Below are positions 42,962 to 51,887 of a stretch of 64,000 nt of DNA, piece by piece. Numbering within the stretch: the first letter of the stretch is position 1; every line of letters starts with the position of its first letter. Below the pieces are notes generated by a model that was not told the origin of the DNA, made no database searches, and saw only the letters and a program-made list of their open reading frames with translations. The DNA comes from Desulfosudaceae bacterium (GTDB lineage Bacteria > Desulfobacterota > Desulfobacteria > Desulfobacterales > Desulfosudaceae): the NCBI GenBank assembly GCA_963674745.2, contig CAXXDV010000001.1:1984001-2048000 (forward strand). The letters run 5' to 3'. Made by a program: the position numbers and the translations under genes.

Positions 42962-44155
42962 ATGAACGAACGATCCTATATCAATGCCTTTGATCCGGAA
43001 GAAAAAAGCGGGACGTTGTGTGCAAAATGCGGGTTGTGTCTGCAGAAATGTCCGGTCATGGGTATGGACCAGCAAGAGGCCAGGGCCGAACATGCCCGGC
43101 TGCGAAACGGAGAAGCACCCTTGCGGGTGCTGCAGGAGTGCACCTTTTGTTACAACTGCAACCGGATTTGTCCTCATGATATGAATCCCCTGGCCCTGAT
43201 CATGGAACGGGTGGCCGAAAGCATCGAGGAAACCGGCACCGGAGTGCCGGAATATCTGCGCTACCTGTTTACCGGCCATGGGGATACCTCGGTATTTGAG
43301 GATGTATACCGGACGCTGCCGGAAGCCGAACAGGCCCTTCTTGACCAGTGGGCCGTTGCCCCGGAAGAATGCGAAGAGGTGCTTTTTGTCGGGTGCATCG
43401 GCCGGGAACTTCCCGGCACCATCGCACAGAGCGCGGCCCTGGGATCACTGCCCAAGTATGCCCCGCGTCAGGCCTGCTGCGGCGAGCTGCCCTTCCGGCT
43501 GGGGGATTTCGCGGCCTTTACGCAGACGGTGGAACGCACCACCGCCCTGCTGGATAACCTGCGGACCCGGCGCCTGGTCTGCTATTGCGGTTCCTGTTCC
43601 CATTCTTTTAACAATATCTGGCGGGAGTACCTGGATGCCAAACCCCCCTTTGAAATCATCACGGTCTGGGAGTGGCTCTGGGAAAAGGTGCAGGCCGGCG
43701 AACTGCCCGTGCAGCGGCGGATCGACAAAACCGTCACGCTGACCGATTCCTGCTACGGCAGTGAGCTGGGCGACGGGTTTTTCGAGGCGGTCCGGGGCCT
43801 GCACCGGGCGGTGGGCATGGAGATCGTGGAATTGGCCGGCAACCGTAATGACAACCTCTGCTGCGGCATGCCCAGCATCATTCATAACAATTTTGATGTC
43901 TTTGAGCCGGCCCGGGTGGCGGAAAAGAAGCTGGCCCAAATAGTTGCCACCGGCGCGGACCGTTTGTACTGCTATTGTCCGGGATGCTTCATGCAACTGG
44001 GGGGGGCGGCCAAAAGGTCCGGGGTAACCACCCATTACGGCTTGGAAGAGATCCTCTGGGCCCTGGGCGACGAGATCCCCATACCGCTCAAAGAAAGGAC
44101 CCGGGTGCAGGGCAGGTTGTTCATCAACAAGCTCCAGGCGTGTTTGTCGGTCTGA
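42962..44155 (+). CDS. (Fe-S)-binding protein with CCG domains (HdrD/GlpC-like)
   Basis: Two CxxCxxCxxxCP, FVGC, CCG, CGSC, DSC, CCG, CPGC. Confidence 0.85.
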   Translation: MNERSYINAFDPEEKSGTLCAKCGLCLQKCPVMGMDQQEARAEHARLRNGEAPLRVLQECTFCYNCNRICPHDMNPLALIMERVAESIEETGTGVPEYLRYLFTGHGDTSVFEDVYRTLPEAEQALLDQWAVAPEECEEVLFVGCIGRELPGTIAQSAALGSLPKYAPRQACCGELPFRLGDFAAFTQTVERTTALLDNLRTRRLVCYCGSCSHSFNNIWREYLDAKPPFEIITVWEWLWEKVQAGELPVQRRIDKTVTLTDSCYGSELGDGFFEAVRGLHRAVGMEIVELAGNRNDNLCCGMPSIIHNNFDVFEPARVAEKKLAQIVATGADRLYCYCPGCFMQLGGAAKRSGVTTHYGLEEILWALGDEIPIPLKERTRVQGRLFINKLQACLSV

Positions 44156-44424
44156 TTTTTCGGCATCCATAAAAAACGGACCGTTTCCCTGGATCATCCG
44201 GTCAAACCTGGTCAATCGGGTGGCGAGCGCTTTGCGGCCGGCAACGGATACCCGCGCCATGCGCATGTTCGGTACCTTTCTGAACGACAACAGCCCGGGC
44301 AATGCCGGTATCAGGCGGCCCTGCAACTGTCGGGTCCCCTCTTGAGACTTTCACCCGGCAAGCCGGTTTATGAAGATGTTCATGCCGCCACCGGTGAAGC
44401 TGCCCCATGCCGGGGGCGAAAGAT

Positions 44425-45180
44425 TTATTCGTCGTCGTTCTGTTTAATCGTGATCAGCGTTGTATTGTCCAGATACTTGTACTTTTGAGACCTTAATTTG
44501 ACAATACGAATCATTTCCTGGCTCATTTCTTCGGCGGAAAGATCAAGGCTGGCGATTTTGCTGACATGATCGTTTTTCATGTAACACCAGAGCCCGTCTG
44601 TGGCGGCGACCAGCGTGTATTGCCTGGGGAGCTTATAAATGCCGACATCCGGCTGTTCCGTAACACCGACCTTTTTCAGTGCCAGGTCGCCCAGGGCCCG
44701 GGATATGTTCATACCGAATTCACCGGAAAAGACACGGTTGCCTTTTATGGTCGCTCCGGAAGCCATCAATCGATCAAGTTCATCTTTGTTGGTAACGCGG
44801 TGGTCGGTTGTCAGCTGAATCTCTTTGTTTTCACTGATCAGCAACAAACGGCAGTCACCGGCATTGGCCACGATCAGGGTTCTTTCCTTGATTAAAAACG
44901 CCAGCGCCGTACTGCCGACATATAAATGCCGGCCTTCATAGGAGGCTGATTTAAACGCTTTTCTGAAGGCGTCTTTGATGTGGACGCCGTTACGGATGAG
45001 TTTTATCACCTCTTGGGGGATGATTTTTGATGCGTTTTCAGCCACTTCCGATCCATTGTGGCCATCATAAACCCCGCCGATAATAAGACCGTTGTTTTTG
45101 TTCTGACGTAAACTGTACCGGTCTTCCATATCGTTTCGGGTGCCGGAATCGGTTAATACATATGAATCAATCAGAGACAT
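44425..45180 (-). CDS. PP2C-family Ser/Thr protein phosphatase
   Basis: RNDMED, GVYDGHNG, GSTA, ANAGDCR, DH, SRALGD, ATDGLW, DNTT. Confidence 0.9.
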   Translation of the reverse strand: MSLIDSYVLTDSGTRNDMEDRYSLRQNKNNGLIIGGVYDGHNGSEVAENASKIIPQEVIKLIRNGVHIKDAFRKAFKSASYEGRHLYVGSTALAFLIKERTLIVANAGDCRLLLISENKEIQLTTDHRVTNKDELDRLMASGATIKGNRVFSGEFGMNISRALGDLALKKVGVTEQPDVGIYKLPRQYTLVAATDGLWCYMKNDHVSKIASLDLSAEEMSQEMIRIVKLRSQKYKYLDNTTLITIKQNDDE

Positions 45181-45571
45181 ATTAACTATCAACTGCTTTA
45201 AAAATCAGTAGTGAAAAACGGGGTTTGACGTTTTAACCGTCAAGCCGGCCAGAACTACAGAAAAAACAGGCTCCTAATCTGGTTTGTGTTAGAGATTTCT
45301 ACTTATCTCTTATTAAAGAAAGCATACACCAATTTTGATCTTTTGGCCAGTCTTATATTAAACTGGTATCTCAATCGGTTACCAAAAATCGAAGTTTTAT
45401 GCCAGATAGTGCTCAGTAGATTGGCCTTTTTTCGCATTTTGTTTTTCTCGATCGATTCTGGATGGTATTCATTTGCCTCGTAATTCAGAAAACGGATTTT
45501 TTTTAAAAGGACAAATCAAAAAAGCGTTGTGCAGGGTTGCCTGCACATGGTCAAGTAGCGTACTGTATATC

Positions 45572-45721
45572 ATATGGGCACCTCTAAAAATTGCCTTTTG
45601 GCCCGAGGTCGGCGTTGTGCTCAAATTTTAATCATCGAAATACAACTCAGTATTCCTGCGGTTAAAATTTTCTCACGCCTTGACCTCGAACCAAAATTCT
45701 AATTTTTAGAGATACCCATAT
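45572..45721. repeat. ~150 bp palindromic MITE-like element
   Basis: 21-bp imperfect terminal inverted repeat ATATGGGCACCTCTAAAAATT / AATTTTTAGAGATACCCATAT (2 mismatches), self-complementary interior. Confidence 0.75.
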
Positions 45722-45773
45722 ATCAGTTCGGATTCTAATTTATTTAAACAGATCATATTTTGGGGGGCGTAAG

Positions 45774-46364
45774 ATGAAAAAAATATTTTTCGCAGCAATG
45801 CTTTTCTTTTTTGCCCTGGTCGTATCCGGATCGGCATCGCAGATCAGCCGGATTACCTTGACGGAATTATATGAAAAAGCGGATCTGGTTGTCATGGCCG
45901 GCGTCACCGGGGTCAACAGAATCGCTGAACGGGACGAGGTGACCATAACGGTGGAAATGTTTCTCAAAGGCAACACACCGGAACGACAATATACCTTTAC
46001 GCTGGTTTCCCGGGGCAGGTTAAAGGATTTTGATCCGGCCCTGAAAAAAGGTGATACGGGTGTCTTCTTTTTGAAACAAAAGCGGAAAGGCGTTGAGAAA
46101 GCGTATTGGGGTAGTGTGGCGGTTTTTTCGAAAAATCATTTTGATCTCTCAAAAGGTGAGCCCATAGAGAAAGCTTCCGGTCCCCTGGCGGCCTGGCGGG
46201 ATTACCGTGTCAAGGTCGGGCAGGCGGGGAATATCTCCGAATATGAGCGGGGGTTTATGAAAGGATATAACGCACCGGAATTGATAGAAAAAGGAACACC
46301 TGATTTCAGGCTTGGGGTGTCGGACGGCAAGCTGGCCAGGAAGGGCCTCGTACCGTCCTGGTAG
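45774..46364 (+). CDS. Hypothetical exported protein
   Basis: Signal peptide MKKIFF...SASQ; LTELYEKADLVV pattern. Confidence 0.7.
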   Translation: MKKIFFAAMLFFFALVVSGSASQISRITLTELYEKADLVVMAGVTGVNRIAERDEVTITVEMFLKGNTPERQYTFTLVSRGRLKDFDPALKKGDTGVFFLKQKRKGVEKAYWGSVAVFSKNHFDLSKGEPIEKASGPLAAWRDYRVKVGQAGNISEYERGFMKGYNAPELIEKGTPDFRLGVSDGKLARKGLVPSW

Positions 46365-46610
46365 AAGACGCTTTACGCCATGTTGGCGGCAGATGCCATC
46401 GGCCGAAAAAGGAAAACGGGGACAGGCGTTTAATTTCTAACCGGAGGCAATAAACGCGCGACGTTGCCTGTGAAATTATCGGCATATCCCCGTTGGAAAG
46501 GCTGACTGGATAACAGGATGATGGTTTGATAAAATTTTGGTTTTACCGTCTTGTTGAAGTTGTTGTTCGCTGTGACGCGAGGTCTTGCTGTTGATTGTTG
46601 TCAGGTCATC

Positions 46611-46811
46611 CTACCAATTACCGATACAGCCGTTCCTTTTTCCTGGTTTCCGCTTTCTGTAACTGTCGTGTGTGATTTTTGCCGCAGGGCAACCTTCCTT
46701 GCATTTATATTGAAATCTGGTTGTTAAGCAGGTTTCTGCCGGTTTGGCGAGTAGACCGCAAACGGGTTCAAAAGATATCGCTTCAGAAAACTGATCTGTT
46801 GTGTTCATCAT
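46611..46811 (-). CDS. Small Cys-containing hypothetical protein
   Basis: Strong SD GGAGGTG before ATGATG; 66 aa; downstream of a sigma54 promoter. Confidence 0.4.
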   Translation of the reverse strand: MMNTTDQFSEAISFEPVCGLLAKPAETCLTTRFQYKCKEGCPAAKITHDSYRKRKPGKRNGCIGNW

Positions 46812-46962
46812 AACACCTCCCCTCAAAGGGAGGGAGCTGGGGAACCCTCCCTTTGAGTTTCCTGGTTAAGGTTGCGGCGTGTCAGTAATGTGTGCCCAAC
46901 CGGAGCAAAAAGACTTCATATTTTACTGAGGCACAGCATACTGACGCGCTATTTTTAAAATA

Positions 46963-46980
46963 AAGCATTTCGTATGCCAA
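46963..46980 (-). promoter_or_regulatory. sigma54 (-24/-12) promoter
   Basis: TTGGCATACGAAATGCTT (GG-N10-GC); IHF-like TATCAGATTGTTA at 47011-46999; inverted UAS-like pair at 47081-47097 and 47122-47140. Confidence 0.7.
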
Positions 46981-47297
46981 GATGCCGAATAATTTTTATA
47001 ACAATCTGATATATCCAGTTAATATTGTTTTAGTCGTCGGGCTCATCACTGAATTGTGATTGAGGGATCAGATCGATGGTGTGTAAAAAATATCCGCTTT
47101 TTGAGTATTTCGGTATGCCAGGCGGGTAAAAAGGTTACACCTTTTTGCGGGCATAACGGATATTTTAATCCTTGGCCGGGTTAAATTCAGCCCGTCAAAG
47201 GCCCTAATCATATTAAAAGGACATGGTGGACCAAATTATTGCAAATTGCCGGTATTTGTGGTCTTTATTTAACATAAAATCTAATTCAGAAAAGCCG

Positions 47298-47654
47298 ATG
47301 AATACAAAAACGAAAATCGCATTCGGTTGTTATTTTACGGCTATTTTCGCACAAGCCGCAGCCGGAGTTGTGTATTTATCACGCGACGCCTTCATGCCAT
47401 ACCACGCGGTCGCAGTGGGTATGTCATGGCAGGAAGTGCCGGCTTCGCTGCAGTTGCTTATCCTGACGGTGCCTTTTGTGCTGCTCACCAATTATGCCGC
47501 CATGTCTTATGCCATGGCGCTTGTTGACATGAATACACCGGCCGAACCGCCCTGGGCATTTGTCATTTGCGGTGTGTTCCTTACGGTTACCGCCTGTGTG
47601 TTGAGTTTTAAAAAGCGCAAGGCCTGGTTCCGTTCCAGTCTGAGATCAGAATGA
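47298..47654 (+). CDS. Hypothetical membrane protein
   Basis: Three hydrophobic segments, FMPYH motif. Confidence 0.6.
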   Translation: MNTKTKIAFGCYFTAIFAQAAAGVVYLSRDAFMPYHAVAVGMSWQEVPASLQLLILTVPFVLLTNYAAMSYAMALVDMNTPAEPPWAFVICGVFLTVTACVLSFKKRKAWFRSSLRSE

Positions 47655-47701
47655 AAACGATGGCCTGATTGGAAATCGTTTCTTAAACAGAAAAGAGGCG
47701 G

Positions 47702-48178
47702 ATGATGTTTTTTCGAGCGTTGTTGGCGTTTGTGGCCCTGCCCGGACTGGCAGCTTTCGCGGCACCGCCGGTCATTGTGTTGTTTGACCCCTGGCGGGGG
47801 CGATTGTTTTCCCCCGGCCTGGTGATCATGGGGGCCGGCGTTATGGTTCTGTTCTGGTGTGTTCGTGATTTTTATGTTTCCGGAAGAGGTACCCTGGCGC
47901 CCTGGGACCCGCCCAAAAACATGGTTATCGTCGGGCTATACCGATATGTAAGAAATCCCATGTATGTCGGCGTTCTGTTGCTTGTTTCGGGTTGGGCGGT
48001 CTGGTTATCGTCATTTTTTCTGGCCGTTTATGCTATTATACTGGCAATCGGTTTTCATGTGCGGGTCGTAACACATGAAGAGCCCTGGCTGGCGTCACAG
48101 TTTGGTGAAAGCTGGGACGCTTACCAAAGGGCTGTTCCCCGCTGGATGCCGCTGATGAGACTTTTAAAACGGTCATAA
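47702..48178 (+). CDS. Isoprenylcysteine/phospholipid methyltransferase (ICMT/PEMT) family membrane protein
   Basis: GRGTLAPWDPPK, GLYRYVRNPMY, EEPWL..FG, VPRW. Confidence 0.88.
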   Translation: MMFFRALLAFVALPGLAAFAAPPVIVLFDPWRGRLFSPGLVIMGAGVMVLFWCVRDFYVSGRGTLAPWDPPKNMVIVGLYRYVRNPMYVGVLLLVSGWAVWLSSFFLAVYAIILAIGFHVRVVTHEEPWLASQFGESWDAYQRAVPRWMPLMRLLKRS

Positions 48179-48188
48179 GGTAATTTTA

Positions 48189-48464
48189 ATGGCGAATCGT
48201 TATAATATAAAATACGATGGAAAAACGCTGGCCCTGGCGCATGTATTACCCCATCCGCGGTACGCCGGCCAATGCATGGTTTCCGTTATTCCCCATCAGA
48301 AAAAAAACGAGTCGGGAGACGGTGCCGAAGGCATACAAATGCGTACCGCCCTTTATGGAAAATGTCCGGATACAAAACCGGACATTGAAGCGATTCTGGA
48401 ACTGATCGCCTCGGCCGGATTTGAACCGGAAAAAGTGGTATTAACGCCGATCGGACGGCGTTGA
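48189..48464 (+). CDS. Hypothetical protein
   Basis: 91 aa ORF, co-oriented, AAGG RBS. Confidence 0.5.
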   Translation: MANRYNIKYDGKTLALAHVLPHPRYAGQCMVSVIPHQKKNESGDGAEGIQMRTALYGKCPDTKPDIEAILELIASAGFEPEKVVLTPIGRR

Positions 48465-48601
48465 CGTTTCGCTGACCGGGTATGTGCATTGCCCGGGCCG
48501 TGGAAGTTGAACACCCCCCGGGGGTATCTGAAAAACAAATGGATGTTATTTTATAAACGACATGTTGGTCGCAAACAAAGAATGACAGAGGGCGCAAAAA
48601 C

Positions 48602-48799
48602 ATGAAAATGGAAGACTGGATCCGGGCCATTGCCGGCACATTCATTCTCTTGTCGCTGATTCTGGCACAAGTCCACAGTCCCTACTGGTTGCTGTTTACC
48701 GCTTTTGTCGGGCTCAACCTGTTGCAGTCCGCGTTCACCAAATGGTGCCTCATGGAGAAAATTCTGGCCAGGCTGGGTGTTCAACGAGGCGAGGGCTGA
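48602..48799 (+). CDS. DUF2892 (YgaP-like) membrane protein
   Basis: IRAIAG, FVGLNLLQSAFTKWCLM. Confidence 0.85.
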   Translation: MKMEDWIRAIAGTFILLSLILAQVHSPYWLLFTAFVGLNLLQSAFTKWCLMEKILARLGVQRGEG

Positions 48800-48800
48800 T

Positions 48801-49259
48801 TTGAACCAGCGACAGGTAATACCTGAAGCCGGCACGGGCCGGAACGGGACCGGCGCGGTGCCATACGCTGATGTGCTGCGTGGACTGGCCGCGTTGACGA
48901 TCGGAACAGGCGGCCTGATGCACGCCATTGGTTTGTATGGCGCTGTTCGTGACAATCAGCCGGTTTTCTGGTGGGTCTGGATTTTTTTCCTGTTTGCCAT
49001 TCCCGGGTATCTCTTCAGTGCCGTCGCGATGCTCAGCGATCGCCTTGCCGGTTATCTCATCGCGGCGTTGGCCCCACCCGTCGGCGGTTTGTTTATTCTC
49101 ATCGGGTTCATGTTTCCGGAAACCGAACTGCTGCGGTTGATCCCCGGCACCTATGGCCATGAAATCCGGTTGATCGGGTTTCTGACCCTGATCTGCGAAC
49201 CCATTGCGACCGTCCTGGCCGGCCAGTTACTCCTGGAAAAAATTCGCGGCCTGAAATAA
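48801..49259 (+). CDS. Hypothetical membrane protein
   Basis: Four hydrophobic segments; start uncertain (TTG 48801). Confidence 0.55.
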   Translation: MNQRQVIPEAGTGRNGTGAVPYADVLRGLAALTIGTGGLMHAIGLYGAVRDNQPVFWWVWIFFLFAIPGYLFSAVAMLSDRLAGYLIAALAPPVGGLFILIGFMFPETELLRLIPGTYGHEIRLIGFLTLICEPIATVLAGQLLLEKIRGLK

Positions 49260-49389
49260 TACCGCTTCATTCCTTCGACAAACCCACCCCCGCAACAGTT
49301 TTGTTTTGCCATGCTGTCAGGCTGTTTATGGGTGACAAAAAGCCGAAAAAAAGCTATAATTTTTACTATCGTCTATGGGGGGTGTAGGG

Positions 49390-50406
49390 ATGGACAAGGC
49401 GTTTTTTTTCCAGCAGGGCAACGATCAGCAGGTTTTCTGCCATTTGTGCGCCCATGGCTGCCGGATCAAAGAAGGGAAAACCGGGATTTGCGGTGTCCGG
49501 AAAAATGTCGGCGGAATCCTTTATCCCCTTACCTATGGAAGAATTATTTCCGGCCACGTTGATCCCATAGAGAAAAAACCCTTTTTCCATATCTGCCCCG
49601 GTTCCCTGGCTTATTCAATCGCAACGGTCGGTTGCAACTTTCAATGTCTGAACTGCCAGAACTATCAGATATCCCAGTTCCCGGGGACAGGTCAACCCGT
49701 CCCAGGAAAGGATACAACACCCGAAGAAGTTGTCGAAAACACCATTCGCAGCGGATGTGCCTCTATTGCTTATACCTATACCGAACCCACGGTTTTTTTT
49801 GAGTTCAGTTATGATACAGCCCGGCTGGCCAAAGACAGGGGGCTTTACAATCTTTACGTGACCAACGGCTTTATGACGTCCGAGGCGGCCGTCCATCTCT
49901 CAGCCGTTCTGGACGGCGCCAACATTGATCTGAAAAGTTTTTCAGACGGTTTTTATCGTAAAGTGTGCAAAGCCAGGTTGGCGCCGGTTCTCAACACCAT
50001 CCGGTTGTTGAAGAAACATGGTGTGTGGGTTGAGGTCACGACCCTGATCATACCCGGGATGAACGATTCGGAAGACGAATTAAGGCAGATCGCCGGTTTT
50101 ATCAAAGCCACCGACCCCGGTATTCCCTGGCATGTCTCCGCTTTTTACCCGACTTACAAAATGATGGATGCTCCGCCGACACCACCGGAATCACTGATGC
50201 GGGCAAGGGATATCGGCCTTGATAGCGGGTTGCGGTATGTGTATACCGGTAATGTGAAAGTGGCTGATGCAGAAAACACCTTCTGCTACAAGTGCGGTCA
50301 GGCGGTTGTTAAGCGATCCCGGTACACGGTTTTGAGTAATCGTCTGAAAAACGGATGCTGCCCGGATTGCGGAACCGCGATAGACGGTATCTGGGATCGC
50401 AGCTAA
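49390..50406 (+). CDS. amrS: AmmeMemoRadiSam system radical SAM enzyme
   Basis: CHLCAHGC, DPIEKKPFFH, GCNFQCLNCQNYQISQ, AYTYTEP, ANIDLK, WHVSAFYP, YVYTGN. Confidence 0.92.
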   Translation: MDKAFFFQQGNDQQVFCHLCAHGCRIKEGKTGICGVRKNVGGILYPLTYGRIISGHVDPIEKKPFFHICPGSLAYSIATVGCNFQCLNCQNYQISQFPGTGQPVPGKDTTPEEVVENTIRSGCASIAYTYTEPTVFFEFSYDTARLAKDRGLYNLYVTNGFMTSEAAVHLSAVLDGANIDLKSFSDGFYRKVCKARLAPVLNTIRLLKKHGVWVEVTTLIIPGMNDSEDELRQIAGFIKATDPGIPWHVSAFYPTYKMMDAPPTPPESLMRARDIGLDSGLRYVYTGNVKVADAENTFCYKCGQAVVKRSRYTVLSNRLKNGCCPDCGTAIDGIWDRS

Positions 50407-50436
50407 AGCGGTTCTGCCTGAATCGGGCCCGATCGG

Positions 50437-51189
50437 CTACTGTGCTTCTTTTTCCCGATGATCGGCCACATAGGGAATAATCCGTTGCCGGACCATTTCG
50501 GCCGTTTCTTCGTCAGTCAGGTCGGCAAATTCTTCGTAAGGTATCTCATCGAGAATCGTTACCTGTATTTTGTGAAAACCGTGAAAGTTCATGCTTTTTT
50601 TGGGTAGCGCATTGGTCGTGCCGCTGACGGCAATGGGGAGAATCGATTTTTTTGTTTTTTTGGCCAAATGAAAAGCGCCGGGCTTAAAGGGTTTGACATT
50701 GCCGTCCGGGGAACGGGTACCTTCCGGAAACATGAATACCGAACTGCCCTGGTCGAGGGTTTTTTCAGCATCGGCCAGCATCTGTTGAATGCTTTCCTTG
50801 TCGCCCCGCTGCAGCCGGATGTAACGGTTTAACGTCATATTCCAGCCGATAAAGGGGACTTTGAACATTTCTATTTTGGATATCCACTTGTAGTGGAAAA
50901 ACAGGGTGAAGCAGACCAGAATGTCGAGCTGGGACTGATGGTTGGAGACAACCACCCGGCTGCCTTTTCTGGGGATTTTGTCTCGACCGGCAACCGTGAC
51001 CGACCAGGCCGGCATGATCCAGACATACATGGAACCCCAGAGACAGGTAAACCAGTGTAAGATCACCAGCCGTTTGTCGAACAGCACGGTCAGCAGCCAG
51101 ATGGTCAGCGCCACAAAATAGAGAATCGCGCAGGAGATGGCGATATAGGTGATAAACAGCACGGATACGATTCGTCTCAGCATAAACAT
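50437..51189 (-). CDS. plsC: 1-acyl-sn-glycerol-3-phosphate acyltransferase
   Basis: NHQSQLD, FPEGTRS, PFKPGAF. Confidence 0.88.
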   Translation of the reverse strand: MFMLRRIVSVLFITYIAISCAILYFVALTIWLLTVLFDKRLVILHWFTCLWGSMYVWIMPAWSVTVAGRDKIPRKGSRVVVSNHQSQLDILVCFTLFFHYKWISKIEMFKVPFIGWNMTLNRYIRLQRGDKESIQQMLADAEKTLDQGSSVFMFPEGTRSPDGNVKPFKPGAFHLAKKTKKSILPIAVSGTTNALPKKSMNFHGFHKIQVTILDEIPYEEFADLTDEETAEMVRQRIIPYVADHREKEAQ

Positions 51190-51241
51190 TGTCTCCCGGT
51201 CGTTTTAAGGACGCAGTGGTGTAATAAATGCTCCCATTAAT

Positions 51242-51712
51242 TTATTCAGGGTTAGATTGATAAAAATAAGTGTGGTCGCAGAACCGGTCCCCGGCGGCAA
51301 TGTTGTGAAGCCGTTGAAACCGGACCAGCGGCTGATATTTTTTACAGAAAGCCACATCACCTTCGCACAAGGCCGGTGTCAGTTCCGGCATGCCCAGTAG
51401 TTGAAAAACCTCGACAAACTGGCACCGGGTGACATTAATCTGAAAGGTGTCCGCCGTGTTAATCGTTACCTGAATTTCTTCAAAAGGCATTTTGGCCATG
51501 GCTTTGATAAAATTATTGCCGAAAACAGGAAACGACTGATCTTTTTCTAGCCTGGGAATGTTCCAGGCCAGCACTTTGGCGGAAATCGCCACGATAGCGT
51601 TAAAAAATAAACTTTGTGCCCGATTTTTGCCCAGAAAAATTTTCGCCGGCCTGTAAATTATGGCCAGGGGTAAAAAAAGAACGGTCAGAATGATTTTCCA
51701 TAATTGCATCAT
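51242..51712 (-). CDS. L-2-amino-thiazoline-4-carboxylic acid hydrolase-like family protein
   Basis: NVTRCQF, LGMPEL..LCEGD, IAAGDRFCD. Confidence 0.7.
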   Translation of the reverse strand: MMQLWKIILTVLFLPLAIIYRPAKIFLGKNRAQSLFFNAIVAISAKVLAWNIPRLEKDQSFPVFGNNFIKAMAKMPFEEIQVTINTADTFQINVTRCQFVEVFQLLGMPELTPALCEGDVAFCKKYQPLVRFQRLHNIAAGDRFCDHTYFYQSNPE

Positions 51713-51887
51713 AACCGGCTCCTTTGATAATATATGCCAAAATATCATGAATAAATGTAAATTTCCACCAACCGGCCGACAGATTGACTTTTTCGGGCCG
51801 GTTTAATTATAATACAGTCATTTTCCTGCCCTGAGGACCGCCCGGCATTATCCACAACGAGGCAGAGGGTTGGTATAGTCGACGTTT

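Noticed and set aside
43445..44326. 293-aa antisense ORF, and similar long shadow ORFs at 28470-29279, 56847-57725 and 62230-63075
   Set aside because: They lie opposite well-supported genes in GC-rich coding DNA and have no motifs.
46470..46613. Open frame continuing ~45 codons after the TAG of the small ORF (possible read-through or pyrrolysine)
   Set aside because: Length is compatible with chance; no pyl genes or homology evidence in the window.
46865..46930. c-di-GMP-II riboswitch-like words (AAAATATGAAG, TTGGGCAC, GCAACC) on the minus strand
   Set aside because: The GTGC pseudoknot partner is absent and the region folds better as one long hairpin; an Infernal search would settle it.
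47103..47121. Second sigma54-like box CTGGCATACCGAAATACT on the minus strand
   Set aside because: It lacks the -12 GC at the required spacing.
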